DNA of 64,000 nt from a virus (IMGVR_UViG_2654587505_000001:102614-166613); one strand, 5' to 3'. Positions 29,210-39,040 are shown, counted from the stretch's first letter. Notes: generated from the letters alone by a model not told the origin. Made by a program: numbers and translations.

Positions 29210-29950
29210 ATGAATGATGAAACAAGGGTTACTTTTACACAGGATGAGAAAGAAATTCTTTTAAAATCCATTAAGGATATTTCTTTTGTAGCAGCTTCGT
29301 TATATGAGTGGATTAAAAAAGACGCTTTAACTGAAGGAATGAGGAAGACAATCCCATCGTTAATTGAATCTCATTTTACAGATATTGCAGAAAGACTAAA
29401 TTATAGTTCAACTCTAATTGAAGATGAGAAAAAACGTTACGACGATATTAGGAATGCTAATATTAAAATTAGAGAACTTGAGCAACGACTTGCTGATCAC
29501 ACTGACATAGATGGTATTCCAAAAGTTTTAGAAAATCTATATTGGAAAGTTTATGGCTGGTGGAGAGATTATGGATTTAATCATGTTAGTGACTTTCAGT
29601 TTACTAGCTATGGATCAATTTTGTGTAATTTTTCGTTTATGTTGAGTAGTAGAACATCTACTTTGTTTAGTAAATCTCCTGCGTCTGATAGGCAGAGACT
29701 TGCTGATTATATAGAATTACTTAAAAGTAAAGGATATGAAATGATTAAAGAAGATGGGTATGATTGGAAGGTGCTAGATACAGAAAATAATCGTAAGTTG
29801 TTAATTGATTTATTAAAAAACAGATTCCCCTCTATACATATTCATAAATTTGAAAGCAACTCACTTCGCAACACAAATCATTTTTATATTTGGCGTATTG
29901 AAGCGCTTATTAAAAACATTAAAGATGTGATTGAATATGAATCAACTTAA
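29210..29950 (+). CDS. Hypothetical phage protein
   Basis: 246-aa ORF, RBS AGGAGG. Confidence 0.75.
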   Translation: MNDETRVTFTQDEKEILLKSIKDISFVAASLYEWIKKDALTEGMRKTIPSLIESHFTDIAERLNYSSTLIEDEKKRYDDIRNANIKIRELEQRLADHTDIDGIPKVLENLYWKVYGWWRDYGFNHVSDFQFTSYGSILCNFSFMLSSRTSTLFSKSPASDRQRLADYIELLKSKGYEMIKEDGYDWKVLDTENNRKLLIDLLKNRFPSIHIHKFESNSLRNTNHFYIWRIEALIKNIKDVIEYEST

Positions 29951-30125
29951 AATTAGATGGAGTAAACGTGAAAAGGATTGGATTATAGACTATCTTAATA
30001 AACCTGACGGTTGGCTAACGCATGGTTTTGTTAGAGGTGATGACACTTTTTCTGAGTGGATTAAAGAATTTAAAATACGTGGATATGACCTAACAACGCT
30101 AAAGATCAGTATCAAACGAAAATGA
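29937..30125 (+). CDS. Hypothetical phage protein
   Basis: RGYDLTTLKISI. Confidence 0.6.
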   Translation: MNQLKIRWSKREKDWIIDYLNKPDGWLTHGFVRGDDTFSEWIKEFKIRGYDLTTLKISIKRK

Positions 30126-30137
30126 GGGGTGTTATAG

Positions 30138-30323
30138 ATGTTTAGTTATATCATGGTGTTATGGTTGGTATTATCGCTTTCAACATACACGGTAATTATG
30201 TACCAACAGTTTAGAAGTAAAGAATGGAAATATACTTGGAGTCACTTGTTTTGGTTTGTTTATGGAATTATCTTTACAGTGATTCCATATGAATATATGT
30301 TGCATCAAATCCAGTTAAAATAA
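30138..30323 (+). CDS. Small membrane protein
   Basis: Two hydrophobic segments. Confidence 0.6.
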   Translation: MFSYIMVLWLVLSLSTYTVIMYQQFRSKEWKYTWSHLFWFVYGIIFTVIPYEYMLHQIQLK

Positions 30324-30338
30324 TTGATTTAAGGGGAG

Positions 30339-30794
30339 TTGATTAATCTGATTAAAATTGTCGAAGGTGACTTGCTTAAGGCGACAGAGGATATTATTGG
30401 ACACCAAGTAAATTGTCGTGGAGTGATGGGATCAGGCGTAGCTGCACAGATTAAAAGGAGATATCCTGCCGCTTTTTATCAATATTCTGCAATGTGTGAA
30501 TTTTTAGGTTCGACTGCATTAGGAGTATGTCAAGTAGTTGAGGTATCAAAAGTAAAGTATGTTGCCAATCTTTTTGGTCAGAACGAATACGGAAGAGGAA
30601 TTCAACATACAGATTATGATGCTTTGCACTTAGCTCTGGAGTCGCTATATAAAAGAGCGAAAAGAGATGGCTTGAGTGTTGCACTTCCCTATAAACTTGG
30701 ATCGGATAGGGGTGGAGGGGATTGGGATGTTGTATATAAAATTATTGATAAAGTGTTTAAAAATTATGAAGTAACTTTGTATAAATTAGGATAA
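30339..30794 (+). CDS. Macro domain (Poa1p/TARG1/DarG-like ADP-ribose hydrolase)
   Basis: GDLL...HQVNCRGVMGSGVA...PYKLGSDRGGGDW. Confidence 0.85.
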   Translation: MINLIKIVEGDLLKATEDIIGHQVNCRGVMGSGVAAQIKRRYPAAFYQYSAMCEFLGSTALGVCQVVEVSKVKYVANLFGQNEYGRGIQHTDYDALHLALESLYKRAKRDGLSVALPYKLGSDRGGGDWDVVYKIIDKVFKNYEVTLYKLG

Positions 30795-30837
30795 AAGAGT
30801 CATTTTATTTGCTAATTTAAAAAAGGAGAAGACAAAG

Positions 30838-31272
30838 ATGAATAAACCTATTTTAAAACATGGTAACTCGTATTCACAAAATGAACAATTAAGTAAAGAA
30901 GGAAAATATATAAGTATACCATTTAAATTTTTGGATGTTGTGGAAACAGAGAGACAACGAGAAATAAGAGAAATAATTAACAAATATAATTATATGAGAT
31001 CGGATGATGAAGTTGAATTGACGATGGATGCAATTAATGAGATGTGCAATGACAGAGAAGTGAAAATATCTGAACCATTTAATGGTGTACCGAGAGCTTA
31101 TAATATTGATTTTGGAGATATTGAAGCATATATAACAATCACTGATGAGTATTGGGGTCAAGGGAATTATGATTATTCAATTTCTCTTGACGGTATTATT
31201 GTTAAAGATAATGTTTCGAATGAAAGAGTTGTAGAAGTTGCTACGTGGTTAGATGAGGCTTTTAACGGATAG
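30838..31272 (+). CDS. Hypothetical phage protein
   Basis: RBS AAGGAG. Confidence 0.65.
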   Translation: MNKPILKHGNSYSQNEQLSKEGKYISIPFKFLDVVETERQREIREIINKYNYMRSDDEVELTMDAINEMCNDREVKISEPFNGVPRAYNIDFGDIEAYITITDEYWGQGNYDYSISLDGIIVKDNVSNERVVEVATWLDEAFNG

Positions 31273-31462
31273 CAAAAAGCATGGTCATGAAATTAGAGTC
31301 GTAAGAATTTTGACGGATCGAATACTGAAAGATGAATATTCTAACAAGTATTTCAAAGCATCCAATTCTGATCATTTTAGACATCATGAGTATCTGAAAC
31401 AACAAGATATTGACTATCTATTTAAATTAATGAGTAGAAAAATTCGATTTTGGTGAGATTAA
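31253..31462 (+). pseudogene. 3' fragment paralogous to 28619-28996
   Basis: HGHEIRVVRILTDR...YLKQQDIDYL...FW*D versus HGQQIKVARILTDR...YLKQQDLDYL...WWD. Confidence 0.7.
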
Positions 31463-31487
31463 ATTACAAAGAAAGGAAACTTTTCTA

Positions 31488-31727
31488 TTGCGTCAAATCG
31501 ATAAAGATTTGTTGACACTTGGTAGTTTAACTGTTCTTTTAGAATCAACAGGAAAAAATATCAAAGATTATGTTGAAGACTATGACGGGCTAAAAATCGT
31601 TAATTTTGCTGAAGAGTCTGAAATTTATAAAACAGATAAAAACACAGAAAAAGCAATTGTAGAATTAGCTAACGAATGTTATAAACGTATCAAAAAGAAA
31701 TTTCCAAAGGAGGATAATAAAAAGTGA
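31488..31727 (+). CDS. Hypothetical phage protein
   Basis: ORF with RBS AAGGA. Confidence 0.55.
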   Translation: MRQIDKDLLTLGSLTVLLESTGKNIKDYVEDYDGLKIVNFAEESEIYKTDKNTEKAIVELANECYKRIKKKFPKEDNKK

Positions 31728-31912
31728 GTGATGGGAATAGGATTCAATGTAAAACATGTAAAGACATTATTCAGTCTATGAAACGACATGACTACATTCA
31801 GTGTGGATGTGGGAAGATTGCAATAGATGGAGGAAGTAGTTATCAAAAAATTTCATTTCCAAGTTATCCGACCGAAGATTGGGTAGAGTTTGATCAAGAT
31901 AAATTTGAGTAA
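31724..31912 (+). CDS. Small Zn-binding phage protein
   Basis: CKTC...HDYIQCGCG..IDGG. Confidence 0.75.
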   Translation: MSDGNRIQCKTCKDIIQSMKRHDYIQCGCGKIAIDGGSSYQKISFPSYPTEDWVEFDQDKFE

Positions 31913-32007
31913 AAAAATAATGAATATATACTAAGTATTATATTGACTTTTTAAAACAAAAAATGCTAAATTATCTTTATAAAAAAAACATAGAGGTGAT
32001 TATCTCC

Positions 32008-32439
32008 ATGAAATTTTACTCAACCGAGACTGAGATATTAGAAGTTCCATATTTAGATTCTTGTGTTTGTAACAAATGTGGTGATACTTACACTAAAAAT
32101 AAAATAAAAGATGTTACTTCTGTAAACGCAAAATTTGTTGATTATGGAACGATGTATGAGAATCAGATATGGAACTTTGATATGTGTGCTAACTGTCTTG
32201 TAGAGATTATCAAAACTTTTAAATACATACCAACAGGATTCATGGAAGATTATACAGAAGCAAGTTACATAAAGGACAAGCAAAAAGTTTTTGATAATTG
32301 GAAAGTTACAGGTGAGTGGGAGCCATATCTTGGTTATGAGTATGAAGAATTAATTGGACTTTTTGATGGATGGTATCATACAGCAGAGTTTATCAATGAG
32401 TTGATTGAGAAGTATTATCCAGATAAAGAAAGGCTTTAA
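32008..32439 (+). CDS. Zn-binding protein, paralogue of 48809-49162
   Basis: VCNKCG...FDMCANCLV..KTFK. Confidence 0.7.
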   Translation: MKFYSTETEILEVPYLDSCVCNKCGDTYTKNKIKDVTSVNAKFVDYGTMYENQIWNFDMCANCLVEIIKTFKYIPTGFMEDYTEASYIKDKQKVFDNWKVTGEWEPYLGYEYEELIGLFDGWYHTAEFINELIEKYYPDKERL

Positions 32440-32504
32440 AAGATACAGGTTTCATGAGGTGACAAATAAATGATAAAATATAAGGATTTATAAGGAGGAG
32501 AAAT

Positions 32505-32822
32505 ATGAATAGAATCACTCCAGAAATGGTATTAAAAGCATATCAGAAAACTGGTCTTAAGCCAATTAGAGGAGAATACTTTTCAGACGGTTGTGCTTGT
32601 GGCATGGGAGCAATCTATAAACTTCACGGTGGTAATATTATAAGTGGGATAGAAGTAGATAAATATACAATGAATTTAACGTCAATAAACTACATGGAGG
32701 GTTTTTATACTGGATTTGATGGAAAAGAAGACTTGACAGAAGAGACAGCTTTTAACAAGGAGGAATGGATGGGATATGTTGATGGTAAAGCAGCATGGGA
32801 AGCAGTAAAACATCTTGTATAA
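32505..32822 (+). CDS. Hypothetical phage protein
   Basis: RBS AGGAGG. Confidence 0.7.
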   Translation: MNRITPEMVLKAYQKTGLKPIRGEYFSDGCACGMGAIYKLHGGNIISGIEVDKYTMNLTSINYMEGFYTGFDGKEDLTEETAFNKEEWMGYVDGKAAWEAVKHLV

Positions 32823-32935
32823 AAGCGATGAAACTAGAATTTTATCATAAAATAAAATATACAAACTATTGACTATAAATTAACATTTTTGCTATATTAA
32901 CTAAGCAACAGGATATTAAATTAAGGAGTGATCAA

Positions 32936-33745
32936 TTGAGTGAAGAAATAAAAGATGAAAAAGTCTACTCATTCAGTAGAATCAATGGTTTTGCGTTAGC
33001 AGAAAAAGGAGAAGGATGCTTTTACAATTGGTTTAAAACATACATAGAAGGTGATCGCGGAGAAAATAACTATTTTGGTGAATATGGAACATTATTTCAC
33101 GAAACAATTGAAAAATTAATGAAAAACGAATTATTTGAATGGGATATAAAAAATGAATTAAATTCTAAAATGAAGCAGTTTGAATTTAAACCTCCATTTC
33201 TAGCAATGGGTAAATCGTACGTGGATTCAATACACCGTTTTTTCACTGATGGAAGTTACAGTGAAATATTCTCACAGTATCAAGTGTTGGAGTCAGAAGA
33301 GAAAAAGATATTTAAAGTTGGAGATATATTGGTTACTGGCTTTCCCGATCTTGTTGCTAATCATAAAAAATATGGACTAGTCATCGCAGACTATAAGACA
33401 GCTAAGAAATATGAAGGTGACAAGTTAGAGCATAACATTATGCAACTTTATCTTTACAGTATCCCGATTAAAGAGAAATATGGAAAATACCCAGATTATT
33501 TAATTTACATTTACCCGCGTGAAAAAGGTAAAAAAGAATTCGCTTATCCATTTGAAGTTAAAAAATTAGAAAAAACAAAACAATGGGTAATTGATACAGT
33601 AAAGAAAATCGAGTCTCATGGTGATTGGACTCCAAGATGTGTAAATGTAGATGGAACGAAAGACTTCTTTGCTTGCAACCTCTGTAACCATAGGAATAAT
33701 TGTGAACATAGAAATGATTATACGAAAAATAATTTTGTATTCTAG
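32936..33745 (+). CDS. Cas4/AddB-like PD-(D/E)XK exonuclease
   Basis: YSFS, GTLFH, GFPD, DYKT, QLYLY, C-terminal Cys cluster. Confidence 0.85.
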   Translation: MSEEIKDEKVYSFSRINGFALAEKGEGCFYNWFKTYIEGDRGENNYFGEYGTLFHETIEKLMKNELFEWDIKNELNSKMKQFEFKPPFLAMGKSYVDSIHRFFTDGSYSEIFSQYQVLESEEKKIFKVGDILVTGFPDLVANHKKYGLVIADYKTAKKYEGDKLEHNIMQLYLYSIPIKEKYGKYPDYLIYIYPREKGKKEFAYPFEVKKLEKTKQWVIDTVKKIESHGDWTPRCVNVDGTKDFFACNLCNHRNNCEHRNDYTKNNFVF

Positions 33746-33791
33746 CAATCAAAACAAATAATATAACATACATAAAAGGAGATAATAATTA

Positions 33792-34013
33792 ATGAAATTT
33801 TATGCACTAGCTAACACAAAAGAAAATGCGACTACAGTATTGGAACTTCAATCAAACATTCGTCATCGGGCAAAAATTGAGGCAAAAGAGATTGCTCATG
33901 AACGTGGATTGGAATATGTTGATGTATATCATGTACGTGGGTCACATAAAGGAGCAAGCACCATGCAGAAGAGATTTTCTTCAGGAGATCCAACACCAAG
34001 AAGCAAGAGATAA
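33792..34013 (+). CDS. Hypothetical phage protein
   Basis: RBS AAGGAG. Confidence 0.6.
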   Translation: MKFYALANTKENATTVLELQSNIRHRAKIEAKEIAHERGLEYVDVYHVRGSHKGASTMQKRFSSGDPTPRSKR

Positions 34014-34102
34014 TAAGAAAGGGGTTTATCCTCTTTCTAAACATAATGAAAGTTCTCAATTTTATTATTAAAAATAAATTAAGTTAAAGGAGTAATGTAA
34101 AT

Positions 34103-34504
34103 ATGAACAACGAAATTACATTGATTTTGCCAGTAGAATTATCTGAAAGAAGAAAGGTGTTAGAAAAAGAATTGGCTAAAGTTGTAACTGAATTGTGTTT
34201 TACTGGTTTGCGAGATGAAATTAATAAAGTGTTTGAAGAGTATAATATAGAACCAAAACCAACGAAGATTAAATGGGACTTCTGTGGTGAGTATGATGAT
34301 GAAGGTGGAACTACTTATTACCCTAATAATATTGCAGTCTATACCAATGGTGAAAAAGTTGAAATTGACAATTATACAATTAATAAAAAATCTAAATGGT
34401 CTGATAGTTATTATGATTATGAACTAGGTGAAGAACTACATGAAGTAATTTGTGATTACCGTCATGACCTCTATGAACACGATATTGAAGAAATTGACCT
34501 ATAG
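34103..34504 (+). CDS. Acidic hypothetical protein
   Basis: RBS AAGGAG; EYDDEG. Confidence 0.65.
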   Translation: MNNEITLILPVELSERRKVLEKELAKVVTELCFTGLRDEINKVFEEYNIEPKPTKIKWDFCGEYDDEGGTTYYPNNIAVYTNGEKVEIDNYTINKKSKWSDSYYDYELGEELHEVICDYRHDLYEHDIEEIDL

Positions 34505-34515
34505 GAGTTATACAT

Positions 34516-34914
34516 ATGAGTCATCCTGAAGTCCATGCAAAGAATTCTGTGAAAATGTTTGGTGGATCGGTTGAGGACTATCTTCCGATTCACCATTGGT
34601 TCGACAACTCCAAAGCTCACATGGCAGACATGAGACATAGGGCGCTTAAACATCATTCTGCTGGGATTTTTGAATGTGAGGAAGTATTCGGAAAATCAAT
34701 CATTAACAGCGAAGGAAAAACTGTTTACACTCGCTATATTGGTGAGCAGCATGTTATAGAGGACTTAGGATTCATCCCCACACTTGAAGATTGGTTTGAA
34801 AATATGGAGATGCAAAAATGGATGATGAATACAGACCAACGCATTAAAAAAGTTGCTCGTAAGGGTAATAAATTACCAAAAAGCATAAAAGACGAAGTTG
34901 AAAAATCCTTATAA
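34516..34914 (+). CDS. DUF6915-like protein
   Basis: HPxxHA.S...GG..EDY.PIH.WFD.SK...RHRALKHH...GEQHV.EDLG. Confidence 0.75.
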   Translation: MSHPEVHAKNSVKMFGGSVEDYLPIHHWFDNSKAHMADMRHRALKHHSAGIFECEEVFGKSIINSEGKTVYTRYIGEQHVIEDLGFIPTLEDWFENMEMQKWMMNTDQRIKKVARKGNKLPKSIKDEVEKSL

Positions 34915-34989
34915 ATAAAGGGATTTTCAAATCAAAAAAGACAATAAAATGCATATTTCAATAGGAAACAGAGGAGACTAATATGTTTA

Positions 34990-35250
34990 ATGAGTCGAGT
35001 CACGAAAATGGGTGAATATCAAGTGTACGTAAAACCAAAAGAACCAGTGACCACTAATTATGAACACAACGAGCTACTATGGACTATTAAGAGTAATTTT
35101 AAATCAAATGGTGGCATTCCAACAATAGTAGGAGTGGTTTACGTGAGGAAAGAAATCAGATATAAAGTTGAGTTTCCAAATGGAATGATCGATTACTTTA
35201 GATTAGATAATTTTGATAAATTTTATGAACTCACAACTGAGAAATATTGA
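34990..35250 (+). CDS. Hypothetical phage protein
   Basis: RBS GAGGAG; between palindromes. Confidence 0.6.
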   Translation: MSRVTKMGEYQVYVKPKEPVTTNYEHNELLWTIKSNFKSNGGIPTIVGVVYVRKEIRYKVEFPNGMIDYFRLDNFDKFYELTTEKY

Positions 35251-35306
35251 AATCAAATTGTTTTAAGATGAAAGAGCCATTTTATTATAAGATTGGAGGA
35301 AGATAA

Positions 35307-35696
35307 GTGGAAACTTATAAGTGGATTTTAAAACGTGAAAGTGAATTGGTAGACGCTATGAATCAGATTGCTCAAGAATTGGATACATTAAAAGTAGTGC
35401 GCGAATATTTATATAAAACATTTGTCACGAAAGCAGCACAAGAGTTGTTTGAGAAATATATTAAGCATATTGAGGGATATTGTAACTGGCAAAAGGTTTA
35501 TATTGATGGAGTAGGGTATGAACCGGATGAAAAGTTAATGAGAAGCATAGAAGAGAAAATTGGAATTTCAGAAAATGATAAGAAATCGTTTCGCGAGGAA
35601 ATTCTAATTAGATTATCTGCGTACAATAGAAAAGGGAAAATTTTTGATTATACATCTCATGAGGGATTGAAAGAAGCGATTGAAAAAAGTTTATAA
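35307..35696 (+). CDS. Stand-alone PrkA C-terminal domain fragment
   Basis: PDEKLMRSIEEKIGISENDKKSFREEILIRLSAYNRKGKIFDYTSHEGLKEAIEK resembles Bacillus PrkA C-terminus. Confidence 0.8.
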   Translation: METYKWILKRESELVDAMNQIAQELDTLKVVREYLYKTFVTKAAQELFEKYIKHIEGYCNWQKVYIDGVGYEPDEKLMRSIEEKIGISENDKKSFREEILIRLSAYNRKGKIFDYTSHEGLKEAIEKSL

Positions 35697-35736
35697 AAAA
35701 CAAGTTTCAATGGAAAAATGAGAGGAGATTGATTAA

Positions 35737-36186
35737 ATGCTATTTTGGACAATTGTATTTTTTACAATAAGTTTGATTGGTTTAATCAAGGGGGGACTTT
35801 TTAGTTCACTAAAAAGTAGATTAAAGCAAATTGAATTAAAAAAATTAAATGGGGGTGATGAAAAAGAATATGTCGTAGAGTGGTTAAAAGCTGGCTGCTT
35901 TCCTCTGATTGTTGTAAGTTTCTTATTTATCGCTGAAGTTTTATATCTTGTAAATGCACTAGACTATGATCCATATAAATTCCCTACCATTACTGCTATT
36001 GCAATATTAATTATTGGAATAATTAAAACAAAGAAGAGTAAAAAATCTAACGATATGACAGAAGAAGAGTTAATTGTTTATAAAGCAGAATTAGTTAAAA
36101 AAGATAAGAGAACTTTTATGTCAGTAATTCGATCATTTTTGTGGGTTGTATACTTTGGATATATGTTTTATGTGTTGGTATTTTAA
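35737..36186 (+). CDS. Membrane protein
   Basis: Four hydrophobic segments. Confidence 0.7.
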   Translation: MLFWTIVFFTISLIGLIKGGLFSSLKSRLKQIELKKLNGGDEKEYVVEWLKAGCFPLIVVSFLFIAEVLYLVNALDYDPYKFPTITAIAILIIGIIKTKKSKKSNDMTEEELIVYKAELVKKDKRTFMSVIRSFLWVVYFGYMFYVLVF

Positions 36187-36213
36187 AAATAAAAGCAGGA
36201 GAAAACAATATAT

Positions 36214-36537
36214 ATGAATACAATTATTATCAACGGTCAGAGATTCAATACTAGTGGAAACAATATCTCCGTCACAAACAACCAAGTGATTGTCGATGGA
36301 AAAGTTGTTCAAGGAAATTTATCTGGTATCGTAGAAGTAAAATTCGAAGGAGATTTAGCATCATTAAAATGTAATGGGAGTGCTACAGTAAACGGCAATG
36401 TTTTTGGAAGTGTGAATGCAGGAGGATCGGTAGATTGTGGAGACGTTGGTAAAAATATTGACGCTGGTGGTTCCGTAACATGTGGTTTTGTTGGTGGGAA
36501 TATTGATGCAGGTGGAAGCGTAAGATATAAAAAATAG
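36214..36537 (+). CDS. Gly-rich beta-helix repeat protein
   Basis: Repeats of GxVxGxI(D/N)AGGSVxC. Confidence 0.7.
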   Translation: MNTIIINGQRFNTSGNNISVTNNQVIVDGKVVQGNLSGIVEVKFEGDLASLKCNGSATVNGNVFGSVNAGGSVDCGDVGKNIDAGGSVTCGFVGGNIDAGGSVRYKK

Positions 36538-36559
36538 ACTTTAATACATACTAAAACGC

Positions 36560-36606
36560 ATACTAAATATAGTGATTATGATGAATTTACATACTATATA
36601 TTGATT
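36560..36606. promoter_or_regulatory. Tandem NrdR-like boxes
   Basis: ATACTAAATATAGTGA (36560) and ATACTATATATTGATT (36591), 31 bp apart. Confidence 0.7.
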
Positions 36607-36707
36607 TAAAATACCAATAAATGCATATTTCAATGAAAAAACGGAGGATTTAGTTAAGGCATTGTTGAATCAATTGAAATTCAATATAAATAAAGTATGG
36701 AGGTTAT

Positions 36708-37043
36708 ATGCCTAAATTTTATACATATATTCAAAACAATTCCGGTGGTTCATTTATTGTCAATGATGATGTTTGCGAGTATGTGATTATTGAAGCTGAC
36801 AATTATGAACATGCAAATTGGTTAGCAGAAAAGAAATATGGAATATATTTTGATGAGTGTAATCAAGGTCTCGACTGCTCTTATTGTGGGGATCGATGGA
36901 ATAAACAATGGAACAATAATTATGCTACCGATGTTCCAATGATTTATGGTAAACCACTTTCTGAAGTGGAAAAATCTTACTATAGAAAAAACTGTATTGT
37001 TTATTATCTGGATGGTCGCAAAGAATTGATTGATCTAAAGTAA
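36708..37043 (+). CDS. Hypothetical phage protein
   Basis: FYTYxQNNSGG...DCSYCGDRW. Confidence 0.75.
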   Translation: MPKFYTYIQNNSGGSFIVNDDVCEYVIIEADNYEHANWLAEKKYGIYFDECNQGLDCSYCGDRWNKQWNNNYATDVPMIYGKPLSEVEKSYYRKNCIVYYLDGRKELIDLK

Positions 37044-37091
37044 ATTCTATATATAGTATGATATAAATATTTTACATACTACATATTGATA
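37044..37091. promoter_or_regulatory. Tandem NrdR-like boxes
   Basis: ATTCTATATATAGTAT (37044) and ATACTACATATTGATA (37076), 32 bp apart. Confidence 0.65.
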
Positions 37092-37142
37092 TTATAATCA
37101 TAAAATTAACAATTGATTACAATTTAAAGGAGAGAAGAAAAA

Positions 37143-37406
37143 ATGCAATTCGTTGACAAATTAAAAGATTTCTTCAAATATAATGAGGGAGCATACTATC
37201 TGATCACAGACAATACAGGATACAATACAATTTTGAGGGTAGATGATGTTGTTTTTGAGACAGTGAACACAGAAAAATTTATTGCAGAGCATATTGGAGA
37301 GATTGAAGAATATTTCTATACTGATAAGGACTATCGCTTAGATTTTACGGTAAAAGGTAAGCAATATTTTTTGATTAATTATGATGATGGAGTCGTATCA
37401 ATCTAA
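37143..37406 (+). CDS. Hypothetical phage protein
   Basis: RBS AAGGAG. Confidence 0.65.
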   Translation: MQFVDKLKDFFKYNEGAYYLITDNTGYNTILRVDDVVFETVNTEKFIAEHIGEIEEYFYTDKDYRLDFTVKGKQYFLINYDDGVVSI

Positions 37407-37422
37407 TAAAGAGTGGGAGTTG

Positions 37423-37593
37423 ATGAATGTGTCATTACTTGAACAAATTCAAGAAATTTTAAGGTTACTTGAAGCAGCCAAAGATGACTTAGAAGCATGG
37501 GTTGATACTGTTGAAGAATTAGGTATTGATACAGATGAAACTAAAAACCTTATCTCGGAAATCAGATCAACTTTACATGAAGTAGGCTTCTAA
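37423..37593 (+). CDS. Hypothetical phage protein
   Basis: RBS GGGAG. Confidence 0.55.
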   Translation: MNVSLLEQIQEILRLLEAAKDDLEAWVDTVEELGIDTDETKNLISEIRSTLHEVGF

Positions 37594-37652
37594 AAAGCCA
37601 ATAAATCAGTTCTTTCAATGGGTGATGACCTATCATCAAAGGAGGATAAAAT

Positions 37653-38033
37653 ATGGAAAATATTATATTGAAGGTTAGAGCAGATTCTAAAGCGGCAATT
37701 GCAAAACTTTCTCAATATCGCCAAAAAGGTGACATTCAAAATTATAAAAGTATGTGCGATTCCATTGAAATTCTAATTAATATGCACAACAAGAATTTTA
37801 GAAATGTAAAAGTTAATGAAAAGACTCAAGAATTTCTAGAAGATATCATAGTGAAGTTAAATGACGAGATTTCTTTGCTTTCAAATTGCATGGATTCTCT
37901 CTTACAAAAAGAAGATGTACGAGATTACCGCAATTATTTGATATCATTGGATAGGTTAACATCGATTCATGAAAAGACAAAAGGTGAGTATTTTTGGAAT
38001 GCAAGGAATGAGAGATTAAGATTAAATCAATAA
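37653..38033 (+). CDS. Hypothetical phage protein
   Basis: RBS GGAGG. Confidence 0.65.
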   Translation: MENIILKVRADSKAAIAKLSQYRQKGDIQNYKSMCDSIEILINMHNKNFRNVKVNEKTQEFLEDIIVKLNDEISLLSNCMDSLLQKEDVRDYRNYLISLDRLTSIHEKTKGEYFWNARNERLRLNQ

Positions 38034-38049
38034 TAAAGGAGAATACATA

Positions 38050-38313
38050 TTGATTACACAAAATGATCTTAAACTGGCTTTTGATGCTGCAACAGTTAAT
38101 GGTGATCGATTCGTTGGACTGAAGATTCAGATGAGTGGTTTTGAGAAGGATGAAATCATTATCAATGAGCGAGAAAACTTTCAGGCAAAACTTGAATACT
38201 ACCAGCGAGTTTATGATGAAGATTTAAACCATAAGTTTTCTCAGGGAATCAAAATTCTTGGTATTACATCTGCCAATAGTTTTGATGAGATTCAAGCAGA
38301 TTTAATTGATTAA
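38050..38313 (+). CDS. Hypothetical phage protein
   Basis: EIIIN..ENF..KLEYY...YDEDL. Confidence 0.75.
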   Translation: MITQNDLKLAFDAATVNGDRFVGLKIQMSGFEKDEIIINERENFQAKLEYYQRVYDEDLNHKFSQGIKILGITSANSFDEIQADLID

Positions 38314-38415
38314 CTCCTATTGAAACTATGATTTCATATAAATAAAATATAAAAAATATTGACATTAATATGTAATAAATGATATATTAACTAGGCGATG
38401 AAGGGGGTGAAAAAG

Positions 38416-38631
38416 TTGATTGAAGTTTTCGAAGTTACTATTAAACAACACTACCCAATAGGTGTAAGAGAAGTTGAGTTCGCTGTTCCAGTTAAACTTA
38501 GTGAAGAAGATATTACTGAAGGAGTTTATGGTGATTGTGAAGCTGTTAAAATGGCATTGTATTTATTTTTGAGTGATTATGTCTTATCAGAAGGCAGTAA
38601 AATTGAAATTGTGAAAGTGATTAAAAGATAA
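38416..38631 (+). CDS. Hypothetical phage protein
   Basis: RBS GGGGGTG after promoter 38341-38388. Confidence 0.55.
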   Translation: MIEVFEVTIKQHYPIGVREVEFAVPVKLSEEDITEGVYGDCEAVKMALYLFLSDYVLSEGSKIEIVKVIKR

Positions 38632-38686
38632 TGAAATGTTATTCAATAATGTTTAATTAAAAATACATAATAAGGACGATACAATA

Positions 38687-39040
38687 TTGCTTGTAGTATA
38701 TGATTCAATGACAGGAAATGTCGAAAGATTTGTGAAAAAATTGGGAGTAAAAAATGTAAAAATACATAAAGAATTAATTGTAAATGAACCTTTTATTCTA
38801 ATTACATATACAACCGGTTTTGGACAATTACCTCAATCAACAACTAATTTTCTATCTAAAAATAATAGATATATCATAGCAGTAGCTTCAAGTGGGAATC
38901 GTAATTGGGGAAAAAATTATGGTTTTGCAGCAGAATTAATTTCAAAGCAGTATGACGTTCCAATAATATTGAAATTCGAATTAAGTGGAACAGAGGATGA
39001 CATTAAGATATTTACACAGGAGATGCAAAAATTTGTCTAA
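38687..39040 (+). CDS. nrdI: Class Ib RNR flavodoxin NrdI
   Basis: YDSMTGNVERF, TYTTGFG, SGNRNWG, KFELSG. Confidence 0.95.
   Translation: MLVVYDSMTGNVERFVKKLGVKNVKIHKELIVNEPFILITYTTGFGQLPQSTTNFLSKNNRYIIAVASSGNRNWGKNYGFAAELISKQYDVPIILKFELSGTEDDIKIFTQEMQKFV

Noticed and set aside
32936-33745. Cas4 as part of a CRISPR system
   Set aside because: Solo Cas4/AddB-like nucleases are common in phages; no cas1/cas2 or array in the window
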